Assembly: GCF_964204645.1 (NCBI RefSeq)
Contig: NC_134033.1
Span: forward strand, 12,470,655-12,534,654
Origin: Tubulanus polymorphus
Lineage: Eukaryota; Animalia; Nemertea
Direction of reading: 5' to 3'
DNA length: 64,000 nucleotides
Both the position numbers and the translations under genes were made by a program. Under the pieces are notes generated by a model. It was given only the letters and a program-made list of their open reading frames with translations, was not told where the DNA came from and made no database searches. This document shows positions 14,251 to 27,045 of this stretch, one piece after another (the stretch's first letter is position 1; every line of letters begins with the position of its first letter).

Positions 14251-17200
14251 GTAAGTTGAAATTTGGGTTCGTTTTTGTTTACGTTTACGTATTTTTAGTG
14301 GATAGCTGGCTGACAATTTAGATTGTTTTGTTACCTCAAACCGCCCCTAGGACACTTGGCATTCAACCAAAAATTTTAGGTTCGAGTCCCACTAAATCTA
14401 CCCGCGCATCAGTTTTTTCCTTGGTCACCGAGTCCCGAACAGAATCCGACAGTTCGCGAATCAGAATGTCCGTTACGGTCGAACTACTGAGCGATGGAGT
14501 GATGTAGCATTCCAACACTCACTCGCGGCAGCAGCTGCTGTCAACCTGCAGCAGATGTACTGAGTAAAAAATGGACACAGATAGAGTAATATACTGATAG
14601 CCTAACGATCATTGATGACACATACAACACAAAAGACGAGAAAATAAAGTTTGTAAATGTCATTAGCGACAGTAATTGACGCCTGGGTGCATGTTTAATG
14701 CCTTATGAGTTACATGGCAACCATTAGGCCAAACGAGTGGAGTTCATGGTTTATGACGAGTCACAAAACAAACGTTTTGATTTCTTTTTGAGGTTTTCAC
14801 GCGTCCTTCAATGAAATCTTCAATTGGTGAAATTTCGCTTATCGATTTGGTGCATGTGGACTTCTTATGAAGATGGAGTTGACACTTGATTAACGGGCAT
14901 CTATTATTGTATACATTTTGGATGAGATTGCAGCAAATCTTGATCTTAGTTTGGAAAAATAACGGTAAAATGAAATTGCCAAGTCTTTCGTACTTTTTGG
15001 CCTGTATAACCAACTTCAATACATTACTTGCAATAACTAACTCAACTATTGTTTAGTTTGCAAGCCAAATTTTCGGCATAATCAACTCCTGGGCCCGTTG
15101 CACAGTGTTGTGAATTCAGTCAAAAATTTATCTTATATCTCAAGAGTCTCATGAAGATAGTCTTTAGAATCAAGTTGGTCTTAGACTGGTCTCAAAGTAA
15201 GCGATGGCGGCATCTTAATTAAACAGGTCTAAGTTTGAGCCGGTTCCCGAGTACAACTTATTCACCTCTTTGTGAAACAACTCGTCTATTCGCCTTTGCC
15301 TAAACCGGTTTAGGATCGCGTAGCCGAGTGCTGTTAGATTATTAGCTGACTAACGCATTGACCGCCGGTTGCATCCACAGCGCGAGTTGGATGACGGTCC
15401 TTACGCTTCTCGCGCCCGAGTTTCCTCCCGAATATCGTCGTTATTCCGCATCGTGTTTCATATCGTCTGCCGCGTGCGATGTGTGGCTTTAACTAATTTG
15501 TCGCAGCGCGCGCCGGTGTCTGCGGGCTGTTTATTTCGAATAGCTGATTCATGTGATGTCATTGCGATTGTCCGATTGAATTTGCGGGTGCGCGCGTTTG
15601 CGTGTATCGCGGACCGAACGACGACAATCGCGTCGTCTGATAATCCATACGCTTACCTTACTGATAAACCACCGACCAGCTAAACTGACGACAAACTCTT
15701 CATGTATCTAAATGATAAAATCCGGTTTAAAGTTTGTGAAACCTGGTTTTTCCTCGTTGATAAACTGTTTATCGTAAGTATATCTTACAGAATTACGGAT
15801 GAACTGAGACTTTTTGATGTAATCGGCTTACCCCGCTGATAAACCTGACTACAATTCTGATAAATAATTGATCGATCGTCGAGCTCGGGCTACTGATAAA
15901 CCATAAAAGCTATCTCTACTGAGATTCACTTGAAATCTCAATATCCGTCATGCAATAACGTAACAATCCTACAATTGTGTAATTGAACTAAAACATCAAC
16001 GTTAAAGATATTTTGGGTGGTAACTACTGGAGGACTGTAAAAGGGTTATTGCTTTCGACTCCGCTGGGGCTCGAACCCTAAATTCTACACCACTCGCAAG
16101 GAAGTCTGTCCCCGATTTTATTGAATTCAGCGCTGGACTGGAAGTCGGCGATTGAGTCACCTCGACTCATCGACTACACCAAACTACCAAACGGTAACTT
16201 CGTTATACGGCGCGCGAGGTTTATCGAAAAAACACCCAATTTAGAAAGATATCCGTTTGAAATCTAATCCCCATTGAAAAAGCGGTGATTATTTCTAAAC
16301 AGTTTTCGCACACACAATCGACACCTGAGCGATCAATGGGTGATGAAGTTGAGTCACGCCACAACAGTCGTTATTTGATTGAAGTTTTTTTTGTCTGCTT
16401 ACTCTGGGCCGTTGTTTCACGCGGCCGCGCTGGGATTCGAACCCCTGCTAAAGGGACCGGATGTGAAGCCATTCACGCAACATCACCGTGTAAAATGTAT
16501 CGGAACAAACAGATATTACCCGTTGCATATTCGTAGTTTTGCTGCGGCGAAATATTCATATCCTAATAAACACCATTCTCGATTGGCTGTATATGCGAAT
16601 TGAGAGAGCTTTTTTACTGATGGTATCACGTTAAGATTCATTCGGAAAAAATATCTCCCTCGGACTGGATTTGAACCAGCGACCTAAGGAAGTCAGCTAT
16701 GGAGATGCCACTACAGTCCTCCGCTCTACCAACTGAGCTACCGAGGGAAGATATCAAAATTTTAACGTCTTGAAACTAAATTCGTTTTACTGTCTTGAAA
16801 TCCAGGTGTTGATAATTTCAGTGCACATTATTCCAACCTGTTCATCATAACGAAAAAGAAAATGATAACTTAGTTTCTTTCGGTAGTCTCTTTCGCAGCA
16901 TCCACGTGCAGATAAATGATTTGAATCTTGCACGACTGGGTCAAGAATCGTCTACTTGAGCTCTTCATTTATGGCGGCTTGAATCCAAAGATGTTCATTT
17001 TCTCCATTGTTTCGTTCGTGATATGAAAAAAATTAACCCATAAACCAAAAATAAACGCAATATGAAATGTACAATCTGATCGTTGATAAAGTACAATGGA
17101 GGATATTGACGTTAATCCGGCATATGATATTGACGAAAAAAGAATTTCGCCCTCGGACTGGATTTGAACCAGCGACCTAAGGAAGTCAGCTATGGAGATG

Positions 17201-20200
17201 CCACTACAGTCCCCCGCTCTACCAACTGAGCTACCGAGGGCAGATATTAAAATTGTAACGTCTTGAAGATAAATATTCTACTGATGGCAGGTGTAGACAA
17301 TGGAGTCGTTTGATTCACCTGTTGACGATCATTTACGATTTGGAAATAGAAATACCGTCGTCATAACATCAGTGGGGCTGTTTGGTCGGAGTCACGATAA
17401 CGAGCATCTCCTCATTCCTGTCTGGAGATGTAAGTGGATGGTGCGTTTAGGCGTAGAACTGTGAAGTCTAGATTATCAGTCATGAGATGGTGTTACTTTG
17501 TCGAGCATGTACAGTGGCGTATAACACCGATCGCACCTCTGCCGACCCTTATCGTGGCGCCAGACTTATGATAATGCATGTCTTGCCTTTTACATGATCC
17601 ATGGCATCAAACGTGGACTTTCCATGAATGACCTGTGTCGTGTGTACCTCTAACAAGCTCACCGTGCAATGTCAGGATATGGTTGCATATCTCCTGCCGG
17701 GTATGTACCATGGCATCTAACTCGGAACCTTTGCAGTAGCGGAATGGACCTGCGGCACGGCTGATTGTAACGGTTGATTGCTAACGTTGTACAAAATCCA
17801 AGGTGAAAACAATGATATACACGATATAAAAGATGACGAGATATAACTAATGAAAGTTAACAATAATGAAATCCGCAACTAAGGATTATGCTACGGCATA
17901 ACACATGCAATTTGGTGTCAACGTCAGGACTGTCGGGTCTCTACCACGGTACAGGTGCATGCCAGGTACAGATACAACACTCTCGGTTGTATATTTCTAC
18001 CATTGTGTCGGAAGGCTGCAACTGGCGCGGTGATAACTCTGTATCTCAACGTTTGTTATTGCGGTATAAATGAAGTCATTTCTCGTCGCCCAATTGAACA
18101 ATAAAACACGTGTGTTCTAACACTGATAACTGAATATGCGCTGAACTGGACGAAGCTCATCTATTTTATATTACGCTTAGTTTAACGAACTACTCCGCGG
18201 CAATATGACGCCATACACGACTCGGGCGATATTCATCAAGCGAACGAAATTAACTTATCACCTTATCAGACATCAGAAATCAGGGCTCATTTTGTTTACG
18301 ATGACGTGGTTCTTTACATTCATAACTCCTATTCTGTATACAGTTCATCGTGGACTCTAAAACAAGTCCATCTTTTCCTGATATAAAAATCTCACACCCA
18401 CAATGGAGAATGTCCGGGGTTTCCGTGAGTTAAATAACGATTTATTTCAATCTTTCAACTTCATCACTATGATAGTCATCTCGTGGAGTATTGAATAATC
18501 ATTAAATCAAGAGAACCATGCGAACTCTTTTTTCCTTAGTGCCAAGAATAAGAATCGTCGTTACGACATGGACATATTGTTCCATAGTTATGTTTAGATT
18601 TATATACGTCATTTTAGTCATGTATTTTGTGTATATTCATTGGTTTTGTTTCTTCGATGATATTTCCAGGTCTTCCACCGGTTCCGAATTTCCCGAAAAT
18701 TCGCGAACGCAAAAAAGAGCAGAACATGGTGGAGTTGTTCTGGGAAACGCACACGAACAGCACCGAACCGACTATCTACGTAGTCGAGGCCCGCTGGCAC
18801 GCAGGTCGTGATTTCAGTAACGGGTTGTTAATCGATTGGGCTCCGTTTTCCCTGGTAAGTGACCTCTAATGGCGACCAATAACCTCAAAATATATCCATA
18901 TTGCCATATTGCACACTTTCAATGCGATGTTAAACCCGAAAACGTATTAAATTTTTCCCAAATTTGATTTTAACTCCAGTTCCATGGTTTAAATCGTGGC
19001 TATACAATTCTATACTAATCTATGACTTTCGTGATAAGTTTGCTATACAGTTAACCTCGCCTGAACGGCCATGTTCGAGTAAGGCGAGGTTTGCTGTATC
19101 TATTTGATCGTAAAATATCCGCACTTTCGTCGTGCGGAAGCTAAATATTCAGCGAGTGCGGTGCTGCCATCTGCGAAAATAACTCGGAACTAAAATCCAG
19201 CGCAATTCATTGATGCAGGGAAGTGTGATGTTCTCATCACACTTCCCTGATTGATGTAATAATTTTCTCGTCAATAAAAATTCGAATGAGAAGGGGATCT
19301 TGAAATCATCGCCATTTAGAAAATGTACTTTATGGGGGTAAATTATTAAAATAGTTTTTATCCGTAGGTTAATTTTGTTAATTTACTGACGGATATATGG
19401 AATGCTTGATAATTACAATCACGCTGTATTCGTATCACACGGGATCGACAGTTTCAGTACGAACTGAGGGAAATAGGAAATATACGAACGCTTCATTTCA
19501 ATGAATTAGAAATATATCACGTTAGACGCATGGGACGAAAATACTAACCTGTCGATTGTTTCAAAGATTCACACCTCGAATAGTTGCTAGAATATTGCTG
19601 TAAAATCTCATTATCTGCCTTATTCCATTCGTCTGTCCGATATCCGACATGAGGGAAACTCGCGGATTACAGCGTGGCTGTTGTTTCATAGATTTTCATT
19701 ACATTTTTACTGATACTAATTACGTGGCTTGATTATCGGTTTTGTTTTAAATGACTAGATAATACCGACGAATTGAAAAAAAACCAATTATCTTTTTACG
19801 AAATAAATGACATTTTTGTAAAAGGAAAATGAAGAGTATTTGGTGCGTACCGCAAATCTAAAATTAAATGAATGTACGAATAAGTCGGCTACGACTTGAC
19901 TGTAATTACAAATCATCGCCGGATTTATACGTAAACCGATGAGAAACGGATTCACATCACAAGGCAAAGAACGATATTTTTTTTACTCGACTCATCGAAA
20001 TGATTATTTGTCTTTCTTTCAGACGACGAAACCTTCGATAATTTCACAAATCGAACCGGGAAAATGGTTTATATTTCGGGTAGCCGCCATCAGTATGAAC
20101 GGGAGTCTGGGTTTCTCTCCGGAATCACCGCCATTCAGATTGTCATTAGGTAAGCGACGCATTTCAGAAGACTCGCTCAAGAATACCAAACGGACGAAAT

Positions 20201-23200
20201 GATATATAGATTGGTTTTACGCCTAATTGATGTATAGTTAGGTTTTGAACCAACGAATATATTGCTCAACTGTGTGTCAGAAACATGTTTCTCGAAAACA
20301 CAATATTCTAAAAATAAATGTTGAAGTTCTCAATGTCGCTCAAATGCGATGGAAATAACCCTCAATTCGTTATTTTGCTAACGCAATATGTAGTAGCATT
20401 GTAAAAATTTACAAGTAAAATCAGGACTGTATTTTACGGTTTAATATGTGCTGTTGTTTTCAGAGCCACGAGTGCCGGGTCAGCCGATGAATTTAACGGA
20501 AGGTGAGACTACGATTCACGACGGGTTGATTGATAAACAGATTCGCTGGTCACCGCCCGCTTACAGCGATATTCCTGTCACTAGATTCAAAATATTCTGG
20601 AGTAAACGACTGCGCGGTGTCAGCCCGATGTTGGTATATATGGAGGAACATAAACAGATCATACCGGCTGTAAGTAAATCTGTGTTGACCGAATGGATTT
20701 GGTTTTTTCAATTATCAAAATTATATGGTCAAGAATTTTACAAGGTTTTATATATTTTTTTTACAAGATAGCGCAATTATAAAATACCAGGGCACCCAAA
20801 ACCAAGAAATCCCCCACCCCCACTCCACTGGTGGTCTGAACTCGACTCCAGACAAGTTCCACAGTTGTGTAGATCTAATTTGACTCTGAATCCAGTTGGG
20901 TTCATTATTCGACTCTAGGCCAAGTTCCACAGTTGTAGGATTCAATTTTACCCTGAACCCAGTTCCACGTCCAGTTAGGTAGACGTCTGACTACGGGCCA
21001 ATTTCCACAATTGATAAACTAGCGTTTGGTGAAAATATATACAACATGTCGTATGAATCTTTCGTGTATAATGTTTAAAGCGTCATGTTTCTAATCATTC
21101 AGGATCAGTTCACGTATACGTTGAAGGACATGGAGCCGGACACGACGTATTTCGTGCAGGTTCAAGCGGTTTGTCATTACGGCGAGGAACGTCTGAAAAG
21201 CGAACGAGCGTCGATTTACATCGTTACAGAACCGTTAATTACAAACAACGACAAACAACAAGGTACAAATACATACCTCATAACACAGTTGGAACAACGA
21301 GAATTTAGAAACCTCATCAGATTTAGAGATGGAACCGAGATTATCCGAATTATCCGATTATAATCCATTCAATAAGATTTTAATTACACAATTACAAAAT
21401 TCTTATGGTAGACTTCAATACTAGAGTCAAATGATTGATAAAAATCCACAACAAAATCACAACAATAATGATATTCTTCATTGAGAATAGTATATTCCGA
21501 TACGATCAATTTCACATCGATTATTTCACATTATTTCGGCTGAAGTGACTCAGTGAAATCGATCGTGTTGTAATATATATTTTCAAGGATGAATTTCGTT
21601 ATTGTTGTGATTTTGTGGTGTGGCTTTATCAAACATCTAATGGCCCCAGGACGCTTTATTGAGTATCCAATTGAATAAAACTTTCAAATTACGCCTAATA
21701 CATTTTTTACTCGTTATATATACAGAGTCTCCGGTACATGTCGACGCCGCAGTTATGGGTCTACCCACACCTCCGCCTTTACGCAACGTGACTGTCGACA
21801 AACCTTTCTACGAAAATGGACTACTCAAAGCAACCATACACTGGGTTATACCGAGCGGTACGTACATGTTGCGATACGAAATTCGACAAATAACACGAAA
21901 CACTGAGTATGTCAGTTGGTAGCGTGGCCGAGCGGTCTAAGGCGCCGGTTTAAGGCACCGGTCCAGCAATGGGCGTGGGTTCGAATCCCACCGCTGCCAC
22001 ATTACTTTTTCCTTAGTTTCCTGACTAAAAACTGTTTTGGTCCTTGAAAATCAAATTCTATGTGAAACATTTTTACTAGATTTCCCATACTATTGACATA
22101 GAATATCAAATTCCGTTAAACTGTCAGCCGATATTCCGATGTTTTCTCCTTTTCCAGATTTAGTTAGTTATTAGTCGGTAATTAGTGTGGACATCGGTAG
22201 TCATGGTAACGATCACTTGTTGCCGCGTCGAGTACCCGGATATAAGTGCGCGTTGTCTCAGCCCATTAGTTATAGTAGATAGACAATAAATAGTACACGT
22301 CGTGCACTTTTACCCAGAAGTGTCATCGTATCGACGACATTATGATTATTTCGACGGATCAGTTGACAGAATTTCTATACCCGGCTCGAATCTTAAATTT
22401 CTCGGAAAAATAATACTACTGCGGTCAGAATTTGTGATTCATCGTTGTTAGTGTCCCATGTGCAAAAGTATGGCTCCATTGTAAGTTCCTCCTATGAGAC
22501 CAATGATTTGTGAAGCGAGTGCCGATTGGTTCATAATCTCGGGATCTCAGCCGACTGACCAATCAGAAGAAAGATAGCTGAAACTGTTTCTTCTTCATTT
22601 CATGATTTTCTAAATATTTCTATCGCGGTCATCATTTGATTAAAGTTGTATTTTTTTTCATTTTTAGGTCATAAAGAAAAAATCCATAAATTCTTGATAC
22701 ACTGGACGCCTGATGTCTGCATCGCAATGGCAACACTGGACGGTCCTCTATCAAAAACGATATCAGCCACAACGCATGTAAGTTAAATACTGGATCTCCA
22801 CAGAACTCCTCTGGCAGTCGAGGAATCCTTCTTCGGCATTCGAGGATCCGCCAGGGGGAGTTGTTGTGGATGTAATAATTTTCATCTCAAACTATCGAAC
22901 GAATGTTCTATAATCATTTATCTTTTTTCTCTTTCTCCAAAATGTATCTACAGACGAATGAGGTTAGATATTCAAATATATGTACATTATTTGCATGTTG
23001 TGTGACACGCCCCTTCTGTACCTCACCCACCGTTCCTCGCTAGGGGTTCGAATCCCAACCGACCATCACAATAATACTCTAGATTGTGCTCACCGATTTT
23101 TTTTGTGTCAAGTTTTTCTTCAGCAGTAAAACCCGCAACACGAACGTTAATTCTTACATTTTTGAGAAAGGATGATAATTCAAATATCCCAATTTCAGTT

Positions 23201-25300
23201 CTGCTTAGTAGAAACATTCAGATAGCAACTAACAAATTAACATATTCTTTAATTATGATCACGTGTTGCGGTTTTATTTTCATTTTCCTTCACCGTTTTA
23301 TTTATTCATTTATCCTGTAAAAGTAACTTAAATGGAAATGATTTTGTTGAGCTTATAGATTCGTATTGTCGTTGTCAGCTTTATTTCCCATCATTCGATC
23401 CTTCATTTTGCATGTGTCCGCCATGTTGATTCATAGACCCGCTAGGTGGCAGTTGTAGCCGTGTTAATAGTTGTATTTTTGCATGCGATCCTACAACAGC
23501 GTCTACAAGGGCGGATCTAGGATTCTTAGGATGGGGTGGACCTGAAAATTTGAATGGGTACCTAATTCAAAAGAGGTAGATTTGGCAATGCGAGGGCTTC
23601 AAGCGCGAAATCTTCGTGGCCCTCCCAATTTAGGACAGGGCCCATTTGGATTTATTTTTCGTCTTTTAAAATCATCGCAGCAAAAAGTTATTTTCCCAGA
23701 CTTTTTGGAGGCCATATTCGAATTTTGAAGGGGTGGAGCCGACTGTCCGGTCCAGCCCCCTAAATCTATCCCTTGTCTATGCAATATTCTTTAAGAGCAA
23801 TACGTTGACTATTTGCGTAATACTGAATTCGGTTGAATGAAATTTTCCCTAGTTTCAGTAAAATGAAAAATGATTAATTTTCCGTTTTGTCATTGCAGGA
23901 CACTCAGTTCATGATCTATGACCTACGTTTTGACTGTCGTTACGTGGTCAAAGTTCAGCCAGTCTCGCAAGAGGGCGCTGTCGGGCCTACGTCGCACGCG
24001 ATTTTCAATACTCCGTCGTGTTCAGACGTAAAAATAAAAGGCATCAATTTGCCGGATTGTCCAACAAACGGTAAGACAACGATATCAATTACGTTATGTT
24101 GATAAACATCGTCAGGTCGCTTTAGTGGGAAAAAAAGAATTACTAAACAAACGGGGAACGGCTAATTCACAGTTACTCTTATTCAGTTACGTAATGTTTT
24201 AAGTCAAATAGGATCTACAATTTTTAGTTGAATTTCAAATGTATGTCTATTTTTTTCATATATTCATTCCTTCTCGATGATAGACTTTCCGACTTTAATT
24301 TTCGTTTATCTTTTCTCTTTTTGTTTACTAGCGCCGAACGTGCCGCAAATGCCAGGCGAGCTGCAACACAGTATTATCATAAAAAAGAAAAACATCAGTG
24401 CCGAAATCACGTGGAATAAACCGCAGTCGGATCTGCCTATAACGGCATACAGGATTATCTGGGGTCAGAGACTGACCGACCCGCTCGGGGATCCGCTGTT
24501 CAACTCGGATTTCCCCGTGATGGACAAAAATACAGCGCTTACTAAAGTCATAGCAAAAGTAAGTATCGACAGCACGTGGATCGGTGCAGTGCAGTTGGTC
24601 GAAGGTTCTTCTCTGGCCTCTTTACCCCCATTTCTAATCTCACTTGCCGATGTATTTATATTCATAGAGTAAGCGCAATTTTGTGATCGAGAATCTTAAA
24701 GAAGGGATAGTGTACTTGATCCAGTTACAGGCACTGTCGGCGGCCGGATCCGGGCAAGTTGGCGAAGTGAGGTTCACAACACCACGTCTTTCAGCGCATA
24801 GAACTGCGGGTATGTATAAAAGCCGGCATTTATTACTATATCTTAATACGCCATTTTGAATTTAATTATTCTTTTCCCCTTCGTACCGTTCCGAATGGGG
24901 GTCTAGATTTTCTAAATACGGATGCAGTAGGTCAGGAGACATCGTCCAGAGGGAAGGTGCGTGGTCTCCTACTTCGGAGACACCGTCCAAACTAAAAACG
25001 TTGTCTCCTCCCCCATGCTACCCTCTACCAGGAGACGCTGTCAAGAGTGAGCAAGAAGCCATTTTGAATCTAATCATTTATTTCTTTACAACTTATTTCG
25101 CAGGTTCTAGCGATGTTTTGAAGTCTGGAGACGGTTACGTGTACAACCAACACAATAGCATTCAATATAGTTTAGACGGTCCAAAGGCGGGCGCCAGCGA
25201 ACATTTCAACCGTCGCGTAACAATAGTTACCGTTATCGTTACCACGGTTACCGGCCTGTTCATAACGCATTGTTCGGCGTCGTTGTCATGGAGACGTTAG
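14016..25300 (+). CDS. ANOS1: Anosmin-1 (Kallmann syndrome protein KAL1) ortholog, 5'-partial, 11 coding exons, 630 aa in window
   Basis: Exons 14016-14250, 18670-18854, 20023-20149, 20464-20669, 21103-21262, 21726-21857, 22668-22777, 23899-24070, 24332-24558, 24668-24809, 25104-25300, all AG/GT bounded and phase-consistent (1893 nt). Protein has CLNTCKFLK..KPGTCPLPSEASGFEAACVKSC..CCDNGCGYTC (Cys-box end plus WAP), EPTIYVVEARW, WFIFRVAAISMNG, RLKS, PFYENG and DLRFDCRYVVKVQP, co-linear with human anosmin-1 as recalled. Confidence 0.95.
16656..16747 (-). tRNA. tRNA-Tyr(GTA) with 19-nt intron (16692-16710)
   Basis: CCCTCGG TAGCTCAGTTGGTAGAGC GGAGGA CTGTAG [intron] T TCCTT AGGTC GCTGG TTCAAAT CCAGT CCGAGGG A; T6 terminator downstream. 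Confidence 0.93.
17149..17240 (-). tRNA. tRNA-Tyr(GTA) duplicate with intron (17185-17203); variant discriminator, possibly non-functional
   Basis: Identical to 16656-16747 except A28G in the anticodon stem and A73C; similar 5' flank; T6 terminator. Confidence 0.85.
18670..18854 (+). CDS. ANOS1: ANOS1 exon: FnIII-1 N-half
   Basis: ttccag|GT ... CTG|gtaagt; VELFWETHTNSTEPTIYVVEARW. Confidence 0.92.
19048..19096. mobile_element. Tiny pogo/Tigger-like MITE
   Basis: TA|CAGTTAACCTCGCCT ... AGGCGAGGTTTGCTG|TA. Confidence 0.55.
20023..20149 (+). CDS. ANOS1: ANOS1 exon: FnIII-1 C-half
   Basis: tttcag|ACG ... TTA G|gtaagc; IEPGKWFIFRVAAISMNGSLGFS. Confidence 0.92.
20464..20669 (+). CDS. ANOS1: ANOS1 exon: FnIII-2 N-half
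   Basis: tttcag|AG ... GCT|gtaagt; PGQPMNL..IRWSPPAYSDIPVTRFKIFWS. Confidence 0.92.
21103..21262 (+). CDS. ANOS1: ANOS1 exon: FnIII-2 C-half
   Basis: attcag|GAT ... CAA G|gtacaa; LKDMEPDTTYFVQVQAVCHYGEERLKS. Confidence 0.92.
21436..21631. repeat. Imperfect inverted repeat (MITE-like) in ANOS1 intron
   Basis: CAAAATCACAACAATAA ... TTATTGTTGTGATTTTG, arms about 80 bp. Confidence 0.6.
21726..21857 (+). CDS. ANOS1: ANOS1 exon: FnIII-3 start
   Basis: tacag|AG ... AGC G|gtacgt; VDKPFYENGLLKATIHW. Confidence 0.9.
21918..21999 (+). tRNA. tRNA-Leu(AAG)
   Basis: GGTAGCG TGGCCGAGCGGTCTAAGGC G CCGGT TTAAGGC ACCGG, long variable arm, GTGGGTTCGAATCCCAC CGCTGCC A; T5 terminator a few nt downstream. Confidence 0.95.
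22668..22777 (+). CDS. ANOS1: ANOS1 exon: FnIII-3 middle (not in ORF track)
   Basis: ttttag|GT ... CAT|gtaagt; HKEKIHKFLIHWTPDVC...SATTH. Confidence 0.9.
23506..23775. mobile_element. MITE with CA(A/G)GGGCGGATCTAGG termini
   Basis: CAAGGGCGGATCTAGG ... CCTAAATCTATCCCTTG; related element at 37556-37795. Confidence 0.6.
23899..24070 (+). CDS. ANOS1: ANOS1 exon: FnIII-3 end
   Basis: ttgcag|GAC ... AAC G|gtaaga; DLRFDCRYVVKVQP..FNTPSC. Confidence 0.92.
24332..24558 (+). CDS. ANOS1: ANOS1 exon: FnIII-4 N-half
   Basis: tactag|CG ... AAA|gtaagt; NISAEITWNKPQSDLPITAYRIIWG. Confidence 0.9.
24668..24809 (+). CDS. ANOS1: ANOS1 exon: FnIII-4 C-half (not in ORF track)
   Basis: tcatag|AGT ... GCG G|gtatgt; FVIENLKEGIVYLIQLQALSAAGSG..FTTP. 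Confidence 0.9.
25104..25300 (+). CDS. ANOS1: ANOS1 last exon: linker and hydrophobic C-terminal tail
   Basis: tcgcag|GT TCT ... TAG; phase 1 matches previous exon; ends VTIVTVIVTTVTGLFITHCSASLSWRR*. Confidence 0.8.
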
Positions 25301-26882
25301 TAAATATATCACACACGGATGATTATTAGCGCCGTTGATAATGATATCTGCTTCCAGAAATGGAGCGTGCCAATCGAAGTTCCAGACGATGAATTCTGGG
25401 AAATTATTTTTTCACTGAACTTATGATTTGAAATGCTACATATAAGATAACAATATGAGAAAGAAATGAATCGATTTGCGGTCTGATATCAGAAAAAAAA
25501 GTGACGCGCAGTTCAATGTGTGTCTCTGATCTATGTTTAATGAGTGAAAATACAAACTGCCGCTTGTCTCGACAGCTGTGAGAAAAGAAGCGATCGTCTA
25601 AAAACCAACAATCGCGATCTTTACCCCAACCGAGTGGATAGGTACGAAACGAGGAACTGTTTAATGAGGCTACACATCCAATCTCGTCAAAAGAAAATGT
25701 GCCGCGCGCAATCTCAACTATGTCAGCGATGTTACAATTTCATGACGTCTTCAAAAACGTTCTACTGCGGCCCACGGTGCGAAGCGAATCATACTCGTAC
25801 GTTCATTGGATACCAGATGATCAGGAGATTGACTAAATAGGGCCGTTAAGGAACATCCCTGATTTGACACGATTACAATGCTTGAACATAATGTCCATAG
25901 ATCCCTTCCGAAATAGATGGCTGCCTCCGTAACATCCCCTGACGAATTGAAATATCTCGGCGTCTGGTATAGGTTAACGGAGCCATTTTTCTGGAGAAGA
26001 GTTTATAGAATTAACTATGGGAATGGCTTCACCATTTCTGGCAATAAAAAACGGTATATTTTTATGAACGAAAAGGTATTAAATCTGAAAGCGCCGCGCG
26101 TTCGCGGTAGTCGATTGTTTTAGCGTCTGAAACTTCGTTTACGTTTTTTGAATAAAATATGATTTGATATGCAATTTTTTACCATCCGTATCGTTACGAA
26201 GGGCATAGCTACCACCAGTCGATTTTGTAAATGTCAAACTTGAAAAGATTATCGACGTTATCGATGTAGTTCTTCATTATGAACTGATGTCGCATTATTA
26301 AATAAGCTAAAAATGGTATTTGTACAATGATATCATCTTGTGTGTAAATAGATATAAAGCGAGTTCACGTTTTATTAAACGGAATCTGATAATAACCTCT
26401 GTTGAATGTAAGATAAACATATTGTGTATATTGATATGAAAAATCGATGTAAATACGTATATAAATGAATTGATTAAATTGAATTTAGTTGATATATACG
26501 AAAAGGTACTTTAGACGCCTCTGACTAATGGTAAGCGTGCTTAAGGGATGAAATCCCTTTCAGTGCTAGTTCCACAGTTGTGTGAGTTTATTTTGACTTT
26601 GGACCTAACGTTCCAACAAAGTTGTACATACGTAGTTCCACAGTTGTGGGTCTAACAATTTCCCCAGGGCCAGTTCTACAGTTTTACGTTTATTTGACTC
26701 CCCGGAGAAAGCTCTACGCCTATACAGAATTTCACTCATTTCTATATAATACGGGGGCGGATTCAAGCTATGTTCCCACTGCAATCTGAAATAAAGTCAT
26801 TAGAACTACCCCATTCTGTCACCTGTTTCGAACAAAGAAAAAACATTTTCGCGCATCTATCAAAGTAACCTAAAAGTCAAAA

Positions 26883-27045
26883 TTGATTCCATTTGCTCTA
26901 AATGCGCACCTTCCAGAAATTCCAGAATGCCCAAGGTGCCAGGAAACGGGCCTATTGGAAAATGTTCGGCACTCTACAGCCAACTTATTGGCGATTGACC
27001 TGCGTATGCCTGAACTACATAGTTTCTGGAATACAGTCAAAAGGC
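26883..27045 (+). pseudogene. Possible degenerate non-LTR retrotransposon ORF2 zinc-knuckle fragment
   Basis: PECPRCQETGLLENVRH..LHSFWNTV resembles the CxxC..ExxxH..FW motif of L1/Tx1 ORF2. Confidence 0.3.

Noticed and set aside
24907-24930. Frame-preserving micro-exon in the last ANOS1 intron
   Set aside because: Weak acceptor and donor; cannot be supported without transcripts
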